Below are positions 11,680 to 24,766 of a stretch of 64,000 bases of DNA, piece by piece. The stretch covers positions 1,877-65,876 of the forward strand of contig CAJNYD010000061.1 in assembly GCA_905331295.1 (NCBI GenBank), in the 5' to 3' direction. The DNA is from Rotaria socialis. Taxonomy: Eukaryota. The position numbers and the translations under genes were made by a program. The number at the start of each line of letters is the position of its first letter. Position 1 is the first letter of the stretch. Under the pieces are notes generated by a model. The model saw only the letters and a program-made list of their open reading frames with translations, was not told the DNA's origin and did not search any database.

Positions 11680-14600
11680 TCATTTTCTTTTTTTTGTCAT
11701 TAATTTCATCATATAATAATAGTTTCGTTGTAAATAAATATATTCATTAAACATAGTTTCACACTTTTGTTTGTCGAACGGCTCGTTTAGTTGAAATCTT
11801 TTTTCACATTCGTCTAAATCTTGTTGATATTTATCATAAGCAATTTCTTCTAGTTTATATTTCATTAATAATATTTCCCTTGAAGATGGATAATCACGAT
11901 ATTCAAATTTTATTTGGTATAATCGATGAATATAACGAAAATGAATACATTGACATTGTGCATCATATATTCGTTTTGGATGCTCGTCCGTGTTAGGCTA
12001 CCGATGTAAAAAGAAAGCAAAGAATAATACACAAAAACAAATTAGAATCTTCTTTACTTGTTCTTTTTTATTACAACGAGAAATTTCAAATAAATTTTCC
12101 TTATTTGATTGTAACTTTTCTAAAATGGACAATAACAATGAAGGATTTTTCAAAAATATTTCGAGAAAAACAATTTTAAATTAATTCATATGGAAAAAAT
12201 CAAACAAGATCATGTTTCCACAAAAGAGTTCCTCTATTTTTTTTGTTTTTATCTTTATCTCCAATTCTTAATGAAATTATTTACTAAAACGAATTGATTA
12301 GAGAAATTTTCCAAAAAAGTTAATTTAGCGAGTTTTTAGAACAAAACAAATACAAAAAAATTCAATAAATAAAGTATCGTCATATATAAAAGATACTTTT
12401 TGATGAATATATTTCACATCAATATTCTATTTTAGAAATGTTTTTAATGATTGAACACGATTTGCTAACTGAATAGATCTATCTCTATCTCATTTTTGTA
12501 ACTAATCTACATAAGGACTATAGAGTGCTGTTCACACAATATACTTACAAGTTTAGTATCTAAACAAACGAATCTTTCATTTTAAAACCTAGATTTCAAG
12601 TAGATCCAATATTTATAATTATCTTTCACTATTAATATTTTGTCATTAAAATTTTTTAGAATATACCTTCTTCTAGAATAGTTAAACGTGACTGGACAGG
12701 ATGGATTGAGTTATTCGATCGATGTCCTGATGATGATATGAAAAGAAGAACAAATCCAAGCAACAACATATTACAAGAGCGTTTATTTACCATCCGTTAT
12801 TGCCGATGAAATATTTTTATTACTGCAAACTTTTGCAGCTGAATTGGTTATTATTGACGTTGTCGATGGCATTACTAATATATAAAGGAAATATTCGTTT
12901 GCAAATCAAAATCTATTTATTTGTGTTACATGATTGATCTGTTGGTGATTTGACTGGATCGTTTAGAATCCTGTTGGGTGATGTTGTTAGAAATGGATCA
13001 TCAGATAAATCTTTAAATGGAGGAATAAATTAATTTCAATAAAAAAAAAGAAAACACTGACTAATATTATGATGGATCGATGAATTATTGTTATTTACTT
13101 CTTTGATATCCTTCAAAATAGAGATTGTAGATATAATATAGAAAATGTGTTTTTTTTCATTTACTTTTTCACTCATTGTATTTAATTCATCTAGACAATA
13201 ATCGTTAAGATCAAAATTCGGCGGTGTTTCTAGACAAGTAGATTCATGTGAACAATGTTCATGATTGTTAATTGATATTAAAGGTTCATGGGACAACATG
13301 TCCATGGTCTGAATGTTAATCATGCCATTTTGGTTTTTATAAATGGTTGATTTTGACGATGGAATAAGAAAAGAATTTTGTTTTCGTTGATCGTTTGATA
13401 TAAATAATTTTTGTGGAACTAAGAAAAGAATCGAATAAAAATATATTTCATTCAAAGTAGAAAATATTTAACTCGATTTCCCAAAAAAGAGTTTATTACT
13501 ACGATGAGATTGATTCTTAAATGAAAAAAAAACCATTAAATCATTCAAATTTCAATTCAAATTCAAATTTACACACCGAAGAATTGAGTTGACTATTATT
13601 AAATGTAGCTTGAAAAAAAGACAATATTTTGCTCTAAGCATGTATGTATTGCACAAAAACTTACAACAAGATGAAGAATTATTGAAAAATGGTAATTGTG
13701 TATGATGATAAACTACAAAAGAAAACTGAAAATATTTCGAAAAAAAATCGAACAAAAATACAAGTAAATGCAGTAAATTTGTTCTGTTTCATATTTTTAT
13801 TTGATTGCCAATTATGATTGTATGACTGAAAAAAAGATATTATAGTAATTAAAATCAATAGATATTTTTCTTCTTTATCTACTCGATTTTGTTGTTTATA
13901 TTTGTCTCGTTGTTCAAATACCAGTTTTTGAATATGTGCTGTTGTTTCATCATACACTGGATGAACACGATATGATATACTATTTTCTTTACATTCGATT
14001 CGAACAACATCGGGCATTGAACGTAGTAAAGCCAAAAATGAATGATAACCAAGTTCAGCATCTACATGTACAATTATATTTTGGCAGATATGTCTGAACA
14101 TTTCTCAATTTGATAAATTAATTAATTTTTCAATTGAATTCTTCAATCAATGAAATATGTAAAAGATTAAAATTTTTCCGAGAAAACTTCAGATTTTATC
14201 TCTTATAGAACACTCTAGTCTTCTACTTCAGAGATCCTCATCAACTGTATCAAACACAGTGTATAATCTACAGTTTTTCGAAAGTAAGTAAATAATCAGC
14301 TATGATGGTTTGATCCTGTTCTAACATTAAAATTCATGATCTAGGATTTTTTGTCTATTAGCTTATATGTTGATCAAAATACTAAAAATTTCATAGAATC
14401 ATAACACTTTCGAGAATCATCATATAAAGTAGAAAGAGACATATGCCGATCTCGAAATGGGAAAAATGTTATTTGAACTGTTGCTGAAAAATTCCAAATA
14501 GAATTTTCTTTCTTTATTCATATCCATAAAAGTATATTTCATCTCGACTATATACATTGAAAAAACGACCATGTAACAGAGTTTTTCAAGACTTATTGTA

Positions 14601-15782
14601 AATAAAGCCAGTAAAAGTTTTCTCTTAGTCATGATTGATACTAGAAAAAAGTAAATCAATGAGCTAAAGTCACTGTAGAAAATTTCACTGGAGCTAGCTA
14701 TGATTTATAATTTAGTAGCTTGGTTTAGCATACTTTTAATAGGAAACAACATTATTTACTAAGAAAATATCGAAGTCTAAACAAAAATCTTGCAAATCAG
14801 ATCAGCTTGAACATGAGACTAGTATATGTCATTATAGAAGTTTTATGTGTCTTGAATTAGCATGTAAAAATGCTCTTTTCTTATACTTTTGATCCAAAGT
14901 GAATGGTGGATTAACCTTGAAAACGTTTCTTTTCGTTCAAAAATATGCCATTACCTTATTCTCATTTGCTATAATTGAATTTTGTTATAATTTATGAGAT
15001 GGAATAAACTTGAATAAGAAAGAATAACCCTGATTAGTATGATAAACTATGCTGTCGATGGTCAAATGATAGAATAATATTCTTATTTTTAAATTTGGAA
15101 TTGTGTTGGATCTATTGCAATTTTTAAAGACATCAATTAAATTCATAGTAAAAAATGTAGTTTTAGATTTAAAATGTTAACTAAACAGTGATGCTTGCCA
15201 AATATACATGATAGTACGGTGAGTCATTTACTAGACGGTATGAGATTAGTGAGTACAAAATTCGTTTTAAACGAACTCATAACTAGGGTCGACAATTCGG
15301 GTACGTTTTTTGAAAAAAATTCAAGAATTTTTATACTAAATTCTAGATAGTTCTTTATCCATGCTCAATTTTGTTTTTCAAAACACATACTATTTATGCA
15401 GAACTAAAAAAGTTCAACATGACCTCTTCATTATCTGCACATGCTGAACAACTTATTCAGTCGGCACTTCTGAAGTAAGGAACTTTTTCAACAGGCGTTT
15501 CTTTTCAACCCATTTCCAACTTCAAAGCACTTTTCAGTTTTATAAAAAAAAGAACAAGAAATCAAAAGCACACTCATGGCGAATGAACTTTTTCTTGCAT
15601 ACATTAATTTCATAAATAAATGACTTACATGGTACTTCTTTACCACAATTTAATGTTTTATAATCCGAATATAATAATGAACCTGTTAATCCTCCATGCT
15701 TAGTTTTTGGTGAACTGATTAATAGTGAACGAATTTCTTGTTTAATATTTTCATGTAGTTTCGCTTTTTCATTATTACGCAT
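11680..15782 (-). CDS. LOTUS (OST-HTH) domain protein 1: N-terminal extended LOTUS, low-complexity middle, helical C-terminal exon
   Basis: Exon 1 (15629-15782) plus exon 2 (from 14061) read IKQEIRSLLISSPKTKHGGLTGSLLYSDYKTLNCGKEVP|YAELGYHSFLALLRSMPDVVRI...VYDETTAHIQKLVFEQR, resembling the TDRD5/TDRD7 LOTUS. A chain of GT-AG exons continues to the stop at 11680; the 3' linkage is less certain. Confidence 0.85.
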
Positions 15783-17355
15783 CGTTTCTTTTTCTTTTGT
15801 CTCGGGAAACAAAGTAAATCAATATAAATTTTACATCTGTTAGGTAGTGGCGCTAACTGCGATCATTACCTCTCTTTTTGTTCTCATAACTATCTATTGG
15901 TCAAGAGGCCTAAGTGAAGTTTTATTGGAAAAGGAGAAGCTAAGGAGGAGGTTGAATAAAAGTAGAAAAATTAGCGTTACAGACTAGCAACATCTATTTA
16001 GATATTTTTTTCTTATCTTTCAGTACAATAAACCATCGGTAACTTTAAAAACATATCCATGTCAAATGGAAACTATGTCTTAATCAAGAATTTCATGTAT
16101 AAAAAAAAAAGAATTAGGTGGAAAAGAACGAGTGCATTTTGACACAGTTAAAAAAAATGAACACCAAGAAAAATAAAAGAAATTCAATAGTGAAATGCAA
16201 AATATGAGAATCAAATAAATTCCAAGATTTTGATATTGATAATGACGTTGTTGATGCATTTATTGATCGGTTGGGGCAAGAACATAAAAATTTTACTAAT
16301 ACTAGTACAAGTACTGCGTTCAGGGAATCTGATTACTGGAGTAGTATCCAGCAGGGTACCCAAAAAGGTACCTCGCTACCGGCATGTTACAGGATCTTGA
16401 TTGGACACCTCGCTGAAAAGCTGCTCAGTGGTTGCGTATTGGAATAGGTACTTGCTACAGTACTTATACAACTCTGCATGCACTGTATGAAAAAACTTTC
16501 AATAAAGTAGTCTAGTGAGCACCCAGAAATATATTGAAGAGATACGCCTCAAGCACTCAACAAGTACACGAAACAACTTGAAAGTAATCAAGTATTTAAC
16601 AAGTACCTGTGGCATACAGGTATGAGGATATTCAATCTGACTAGCAGGATACCTTGAACTTAGGAATTGTAAATAGGAAATGCTTCATCCTAAAATAAAC
16701 AAATCTAGTATCTTCATTTTTATAAAAATTAAATTCTCTATGGTATATCATTAATAAAAACAACATTTTTATTCTTAGATAAAGAATACCTGAGTCAGAT
16801 AAGCAACATCATATGTAGTTCAGCAGCTATGTCAGAACTTTTTTCATAGGGATTTATTGTGACTTTTCAAAACGTCTCTAAGCATGTCTGGACAAATTCT
16901 ATATAGCTCTTCAGTATTTTCAGGTTGTCTAGGTACATACGTATACGTGAATAGGTAGGGGTTGAACCAAGCGGTAATAAAGGTAATGGTGTGATGAAGT
17001 ATTATCACAAATGGTAAATCCTAATAAGAAATAAATAAGAGCCAATAGTCTCTCGAATATTTTACTTTCTTTTTTATTGTAACACCATCTGGTTTGCATT
17101 GTTTTCTGTTTTTTCAAATAATATAGGTACCAAGGTCTATTACTAAAACGAATGATATTGCACCAATCTATAGAAGCAATCGGATGATAAAAACATTGAT
17201 AGATGTCTATCAAGGATATTTGTCTACATAATTGTGTATGTATTTATGATTCATTTTCGTGGTTTTTCTTCCTAAAAATAGCAAAAATACTTCACTTGAG
17301 AAACCCATGCTTACTCTTTCACTTACTTCGTGTTTATCGGTTAGAGCTGCACGAA

Positions 17356-18351
17356 TAGTGGCGTAACCACGAGGGGGGCTGGAGGGGGCTGAGCCCCCCT
17401 AGAAATATTTCTGTTTAGCTGTTATTTAATGTTATTCTAATTTTTCGAGCGGCTTTTGTGTTAGAGAACACAATCTAGATGTTATTCTTGATCAACAATA
17501 GTAAAGAAGAAAGAAAAAGAACAATTCTGTTCTGTTTATGTCGTCTTTGTACAATGTGAGTAATCGATCGTCATTTATCTGTTCAACAACGAAACTTTCG
17601 TCTTGATCAACAACAGTAAAGAGAAAAGAAAAAGAACAGTTCTGTTCTGCTGGTGTCGTCTATGTCAGAGTTGCAACCGGTAACGGTAAACGGCCGGTTC
17701 GGCCCGGTCTAGGATTCCTTACCGGCACCGCCAGATATACCGGCCGGTACAAGCGACTTTTTCAGACCGGCCCGGTCTAGATTTTTTAAAATTATTTTCG
17801 CTTTTTTCCCTTATTTTTTGCAAAAATAGATGATAAAAGTGTTTATTTTTGCATATCAAGCTAGTTTTTATGACATTAATGACGATTTCTAAGAAAAATT
17901 ATGAGATATATTGTTTATATTAAATCAGTATTTATCAAAAATATATTTCTTAGTGACGAAGGAGAAGTCTTAAATAATTGGAATTGTGATTCAGAGTAAG
18001 ATATGACTGATATTAAATGAAAAAAGTCAATAGTGACTCATATACGATGAAAAAAAACAACTATGACTCATGCCGGTCCGTTCCGGTCTGATCGGCTTAG
18101 ACCGGTACTGGTACCGGTCTCGAAAAAACCCTACCGGTTGCAACTCTGGTGTATATTGTTGTTTTGTGTATTGATGTAATGTATATTGTTGTTTTTCTTT
18201 AAAATGCTACTCTTAACATGAAAAATATGTTAGTGAACATCAAGCAAGTACAACATCTCCTAAAAAAGGTGGAAGAAATTCAGTTTTTAATTAGTTCTGA
18301 AGAGTCTTGGGGCCGAGTCCCCCCTAGCTTAAAATCTTGGTTGCGCCGCTA
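17356..18351. mobile_element. Non-autonomous hAT element
   Basis: TIR TAGTGGCGTAACCA / TGGTTGCGCCGCTA. Perfect 8-bp TSD TGCACGAA at 17348-17355 and 18352-18359. Confidence 0.92.
17666..18148. mobile_element. hAT-like MITE nested in the previous hAT element
   Basis: Perfect 17-bp TIR CAGAGTTGCAACCGGTA. Subterminal ACCGG repeats. 8-bp flanks GTCTATGT/GTGTATAT match at 6 of 8 positions. Confidence 0.88.
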
Positions 18352-18399
18352 TGCACGAAGTTCACGGATTTGTATTTCCAATATTGAAATTGTAGCATC

Positions 18400-19720
18400 A
18401 TGAAAACTATCGTAAATGGCACGATTTATTAAATCACTATCCGGGTAATTTAATATAGTCACCAGATACAGCCGTGAACAAACCGTTTAGGACAGCATGC
18501 GTACCGTATTGCTCGACCTGGGCTGGGTATCATTGCTTGTATTCTAAACAAGTTTATTAGCAATTAGTAAATACACTTAGGCACATGTGCAAAATGAACA
18601 CACTGTGACAATGAACAAAGGAATTAATTCTCTAGAAAGTACCACTACTAAAATATTCTAACAACGCTGTGCTTTTAAGCCAATTGATTCTTTTTATTGT
18701 GATAGTATTCGTGTTCTGTTGATGTACCTTTAGTCATGTGTATCCGAACAAGTTAAAGATTTTTTTAAATCATGCATAATATATTAGCCGTGCATAAAAT
18801 TTATCGAAAAGGCTACCAGTAACGATGTAGAATTGCCGGTACTCATAATAAGTTTGAAAAACCAAAACCAAATGGAAACTAATCTGAAATGGTCTTATCA
18901 AATGGCTCACCGCAATCATTCCAACCATCTGAATCAGTCTTTTAAAAGACCTGAAACGGCTATAAAACGGTACAATATAAGGCATTCACTTTCACCTTAT
19001 TTCGCTGTAAGCCCGTTTTACGGGCCATTTTTCTGCTAAAAAACGACTATCACATTTATGCTGCTGAAAACCGTGTACGAGCCGTTTCTTGAACCTGGGA
19101 AATGAGTAAAATTTATCTCCAGAAAATACAAATAACATAAGAATACAGAAAGATTTTACTGTGCTAGGTATATCATTAAAAGTTCAGAATACAAAAAATA
19201 TCTCAATAAAAAGAATCTTAAACTTTCGTAGCGCGGCACATGATCAACAGTTTTGAAAATGATAGTTAAGTTAAATAATAATATAGTCAATTGATAATAA
19301 AAGAATGAACACACTTTTAAACAGCTACGCTCCTTGTATGAAAATTGTTCGTGTCTATTGTATTGAAGAGCTTGCAAGTAACAACAGAAGAGGGCGGTAA
19401 TTTCGATATTTGATATTATATTATAAAAACAACAATATTATCATAACATATTCAACAATGGTTTAAAAAAGTAAAGATGATCACCAAAGTATGGCACTTA
19501 AAGAATATCTTGAGAAGCTGATAGAAATAATTTAGCATTCCCAGGTCAATGATTCCGGAGGACGGATACCTCAAGAATCGGCCGGAAAGATGCCCAGCTC
19601 AAAAAAATCAGACACAGATCTTGTAAGATCAGATGAAATCATACGAAAAATCATAAAGTCAGACCATCGTATCAATTCGTACTGTAAAATTTCTGTAAGA
19701 TCTTACAGAAATCTTATGAT
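18400..19720. mobile_element. Fragmented MITE remnants with CCCAGG-type ends
   Basis: ACCTGGG ends at 18522 and 19099 preceded by CCGT repeats. CCCAGGTCAA at 19540. 24-bp palindrome ATTTCTGTAAGATCTTACAGAAAT near 19689. Partner ends could not be paired. Confidence 0.45.
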
Positions 19721-20373
19721 TTTATGCATATAATTGAGTGAAAAGGAAACAGATGTTGTTGATGGTCGAGCTGTCTAACAAAACAAACAATATAAATACT
19801 TTAATGCATTCATTCCTTATTCCATCCGAAGCTGCGCACTTCTAGCGAGTCCCTACGGGTCAGAGCTCATTATAAATTAATTGTTAAAAAATCGTTATCG
19901 AACAGTTGAAAGAACATGTGAGATGTACTACTTGCCTAGCACAAAAGAAAAGAAGTAAACCGTATCTTCGAACTGACTACCAGATTTGATTAGAAAATTT
20001 GATTACAAGTGTAAGAGTATCTTTTTTGTTCTAGATTTATTTTATTGACTATAATAAACCAAATTTTTGTTAAGAATCCCAGCCTAGTTTTACTTTCAAG
20101 TTAAAATAAGCATGATCAAAATTTACAGCCCAAAGAGTTAAACTTCAAATAGATTTTTTCATCAAAATGTGTTTTTTTGTTTAAAACATTTTTTTTCATT
20201 AAAAACAAATTTTAACAAAAGAAACGATTTTCTGCAATATTTTTTTTCTGAAAAATATACTTTAAATTTTGGCTTTTCAGAAGGTTAAAGTTGAAGGTAT
20301 GCTTGTTTTAGCTTTAAATTTAAAGATCAAAGCTGAGGTAATCTACTTCAAATTGGATAATTTTATCAGACTA

Positions 20374-21179
20374 CTGTCGGTGCCAGAAGTCAAGGCAGGT
20401 GGATGCTTTTCGCATAACTCTTGATAGGAACAAGATAGAGACTTGCGGTTTTCAGCGTTTGATAGTCAGGACACAGGAGCATATTTTCACAAGCAAAATT
20501 TTTTCTAAGGAAAAATTGGAAGCCCGGTTTTTCAGAGGATCACTGGAAAAACACGTTGGATTTCTGAAAACTGTTATAGAAGTCTATTGGTTTTCTTACA
20601 TATTCGGAATTAGCATCCAAAACTGAGCCGACTCGTATATGTTTCGAATCTTTCTATGAACTTTGTTTTCGTCGAGAAATTCACTCCTGGTGTCTCTCTC
20701 AGGGTCGGTCAAAAAGTGAAATTCCATCAAAACGCTGTTTTTGTTGATTATTCATTTACCATTTTGGCTTCTAACAGGATTCTACAAACTTGGAACCTGC
20801 TTTTTACTGTCCAAAGGGCATTTTGATGGAATTCACTTTTCGACGGACCCCTGAGCGAGACACCAGAAGTGAAATTCTCGACGAAAACAAAGTTCGTAGA
20901 AAGATTCGAAACATATACGAGTCGGCTCAGTTTTGGATGCTGATTCCGAATATGTAAGAAAATCAAGCGACTTCTATAACATTTTTCAGAAATCCAATGT
21001 GGTTTTCCAGCGATCCTCTGAAAAACCGGGCTTTGAACTTTTCCTTAGAAAATATTTTGCTTACAAAAATATGCTGCTGGGTCCTGGCTATCAAACGCTG
21101 AAAACCGCAAGTCTCTATCTTGTTCCTATCAAGAGTTATTTAAAAAACATCTACCTGCCTTGACTTCTGGCGCCGACAG
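20374..21179. mobile_element. Foldback-like MITE with arms of about 360 bp, TA-flanked
   Basis: Left arm ~20370-20735 is the reverse complement of ~20817-21183 (CTGTCGGTGCCAGAAGTCAAGGCAGGT...). Spacer about 80 bp. TA on both sides. Confidence 0.92.
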
Positions 21180-21202
21180 TAGTTTCACATTTTTGGTATC
21201 AC

Positions 21203-21306
21203 CACTAGTATGGATCCAAACATTTTTGATATACCGGGCCCGGATATGCAAAATTTCATTGGGTGGGTCAGGGTCCAAAAATTCGTGGACACGACGAATT
21301 CTAGTG
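21203..21306. mobile_element. Miniature CACTA-like element
   Basis: CACTAGTAT...ATTCTAGTG termini with AC duplicated on both sides. GC-richer interior with GGATCC/GGGCCC/GGGTCC. Confidence 0.55.
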
Positions 21307-22148
21307 ACCGATCTAGATTTTCTTTTAAAAAATAAATCTAAAATTCGTTTCTTTGTAACAATATCCAAAATGAAAATTCATACCGAAATCATTTCATGAT
21401 CAATTATACTAATCAAATACAAGAAAATTTTCTAGATTAAGTTCAGGCTAATGAGAAATTTTATATATTTTCTTAAGTAACGTGATATTGATAGTTTACA
21501 TTGTGAATGAAAATCGTGCCAGAAAGAAACGGAGAATTAATCATTATTTGGTAATGCGATGCCTATTTAATTGTGTAACTGAATGCACAGTAAAACAATA
21601 TGACTTGGTTACAGTTTTCTAAACAAGTAAAAATGTAAATATTTTTTCAAGCGTTTTACCTTCGTCTTAAAGTAGTTTCTTTTAAAACACTATATATATC
21701 AAAGAAGATTTTCTTTCATAATGTTCGTATAATATCGTTAATTGCACGATAGGAAGAAAAGCTTGGAGAAATATATCATTTCACATCTTTTTGTTGAACA
21801 AATAAAAGCTAAGAATGAAAATGGTTTTTGCCAAAACTATACGATGGTGATAAAATAAGTCATTTCCTGTACGGTATGAAATCAGTAATGAAAAGATTAA
21901 TTCCAAATTGACACAGACCGATGTTCGAACATTTCGAGCTCACTTTGTGAAAAGATTCTTTCAAATCAGTCATATTGACTAGTTTATTCATTGAGAAAAT
22001 GCAAAACTAAACAAAAATGTTAATACGCGTTTCTTTTCAAAAGATTCCATTTCTCAAAATGTTCTTCATTTTTTTCACAAGAAACTAAGCCACACTCGAT
22101 GTGAACTATCTTTTCTCTCTTACATCGATTAAATAAGAAATAACTTAC

Positions 22149-22302
22149 ATGACACTTCTTTATCACAATTTAATCTTTTATAATCCGAATCTAATAATCA
22201 ACCTAATAATCCTCTATATTTAGTTTTTGATAAACTAATTAATAATCAACGAATTTCCTGTTTAATATTTTCATGGCGTTTCCTTTTTTCATTATGTAGC
22301 AT
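22149..22302 (-). pseudogene. Duplicated LOTUS exon 1 with two in-frame TGA stops
   Basis: Same length (154 nt) as exon 15629-15782. Reads MLHNEKRKRHENIKQEIR*LLISLSKTKYRGLLG*LLDSDYKRLNCDKEVS. GTAAGT donor retained. Confidence 0.88.
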
Positions 22303-23364
22303 TGTTTACTTTGCTTTTGTCTCCACAAACTAAGCAGATCAATATCGATTTCACATTTGTATAACTTATATATTTTATTCTTATCTTTTAATAAAACAAA
22401 GCATGAATAAATCGTAAATGAAATTATATAATACATATAAAGTACAAGAAAACAAAAATAGAAACTGTTTCTTCTTCAGGATTTCAATTAATAAGTACAT
22501 AAATAAAAAAAAGAAGTTAAGTACAAGAAAATAAAAGTAATTTAACACAGTTTAAAAAAATAAACGCCAAGAAGAACAAAAGAAACAACAACAGCGAAAA
22601 GAAAAATATAAGAATGCATTAAATTCCAAGAATTTGATTTTGATAATGATGTTGTTGATGTACTTATCGATCTATTAAGACCAGGAACCGAAAATTTTAA
22701 TAATGTTCCATCCTTAAATAAAAAAAAGTAGAATTTAAAGTTTTAGACATAAAATAAAGCTATATACGACGAAATTTCAATAAGAAACTTCTTAGATAGA
22801 TGTAAACTCAATATGAATCAAATGATTTCTAAATGGAAATTTAAATTAAAGAGCTAATGAATTGAAATGAAATACCAAATACCATGTGGAAAGCGTACGA
22901 ACAAGATGACACCCCAATCTCGAAAAACTTCTGTTGGTCCTTAAATCTAATCTCAATATTCTATTGGTATTCATCAATATCCAAAAGTATAACCGTCTGC
23001 CTTTCTCTGCTTCAATTCAATGTAATTAAACAAAAACTTTTGAGCAAATCTTTTGGTTCACTGATGTTCATGGACCTCGTCGACTACGAAGTGAATTTTA
23101 ATAGCATAACATAGATGGCAATTCAAGACTGATTTTTTTGAACCACTATGTGACATTGAAAATATTAACTCGAATAGTAAAGTTGTCTATTTGAATTCTT
23201 GTATCAAGAACATTATTACTGTATGTAAATCACAATCATGATTATTCGTCTGCATCAATATCATTAAAAATAAAGATAATAGCAGACATAGTTTTATCGT
23301 TTTCGATCGATAAAAATCAAGAAAGCAAAAAACATAAATGTCAGAGAGCATTAGTTTCTTCTTC

Positions 23365-24514
23365 TTAATGAATTAATCGACACGATTTTATTATCAAGAA
23401 AGAGATTTCAACAACTTTGTAGAAAGATTAGCAAGCTCATCATTTCTCAGAATCATCACTGAAGTAATATTTACTCGAATTGATATACGTTTCTTTCCAT
23501 CACTATTGTCATTGTGGGAAATGAGTTTTCGTTGGATCGGTTTATATTGATTTTCACATTTAATCATCAGTGGATTATGATTGATTTCCTAAAATAAAAG
23601 GTAATAATATTCACTAGATTAGAGCATAGATTCTTACTGATGGAAAAGAAGTAGTCGGGAATGTTAACAATGGTTTAGACACAAATTGCATTGATTCTTC
23701 GTTATTCTCTTTTGTATTAATTTTATTTTCGATTAATGAACTTGCTTCATCTGATTGTGGCGTATGCTAAAATAAATTTGACAAATTAAATTTTTTTCTT
23801 TTACTTAATTTTACCCAAATAATGGTGTCGATACTATTACGAAGACTTGGTGATAATGGACGTTCATTTTGTGCCTCGTTTGTGAGTTTGTGTTCATCGG
23901 CTGACTCAACATTGTGTTCGCTTTGTTGTTGTTCATTCAATGGTACATGATGATCCTTAAACAAAACTTAACCATTAAAAAACAATTTTCAAATTCTTTC
24001 TTTTTCCTACAAAAAAGACATCATCTGGTGGTAAAGCATGTTGTTCATCAAGTGTATTTGTTGAATGATGTTGACGGGAAAAAGTTGTATTGCCTTCTAT
24101 CATATAAAAGTTTTTACTTAATTAGATAAGAAGATTTATTTAATGAACACATACGTCGTCGTTCTCGTTTTTGTTGTCGCAACTAAATTTAACAGATTTT
24201 TAATTAAATTTAACAAATTTTTCTTCAATAGTTACTTTAACTGCCGAATAAACATAAGCTGGTTCACGACGTAAATCAATGGAAAATAAACGTTGATCAC
24301 TACTGAGTAAATCAAGTAGTGATCGATAGCCTAATACACGATAAGGTATTTCGACATTATCGTGTCGTTGTCGATAATATCGAAAGAGTTCAGCCTGCGT
24401 TAAATAACCACGTTTACAACTTGTGATATATGAATGAAGTTCATTCATGGTTTCACAATAAACACGAGGATCAACAGGTATTAAATGAGCAAGTGGCGAA
24501 GAAGAAATAGACAT
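23365..24514 (-). CDS. LOTUS (OST-HTH) domain protein 2 (about 6 exons)
   Basis: MNELHSYITSCKRGYLTQAELFRYYRQRHDNVEIPYRVLGYRSLLDLLSS matches the LOTUS signature (IPYRxLGYxSLLxLL). Followed by polar low-complexity exons to a stop at 23365. Confidence 0.85.
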
Positions 24515-24752
24515 TTTTATGGGAAGAGTACTTAATACCGACAAGAGATAGTTAAAATGTTTGGGAATGAACGAACGAAAAACGAGCCAATGTGTATAAG
24601 GTAAAAAATGGATTTTCAACTAAGTTTCCTCCGTCTTTCCGAATAAATTATGTCCTCATTGATGTTTCAAATGAAATTAATACGAAAAAAAACCTTTTCC
24701 TAAGGAACGATTTCAAACAGAAACTAAATATTGGCAAAATAAGTGAATAAAT

Positions 24753-24766
24753 GCGCCATCTATTGG
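24753..24766 (-). promoter_or_regulatory. CTCF-like motif CCAATAGATGGCGC, about 240 bp upstream of LOTUS gene 2
   Basis: Close match to the CTCF core CCAnnAGRTGGCGC. Related motifs lie upstream of other genes. Confidence 0.5.

Noticed and set aside
20399..21399. Several short ORFs on both strands
   Set aside because: Mirror products of the foldback element with no protein signature.
22198..22248. TGA codons as selenocysteine or readthrough
   Set aside because: They replace Ser rather than Cys, no downstream exons or SECIS are evident, and other substitutions look degenerative.
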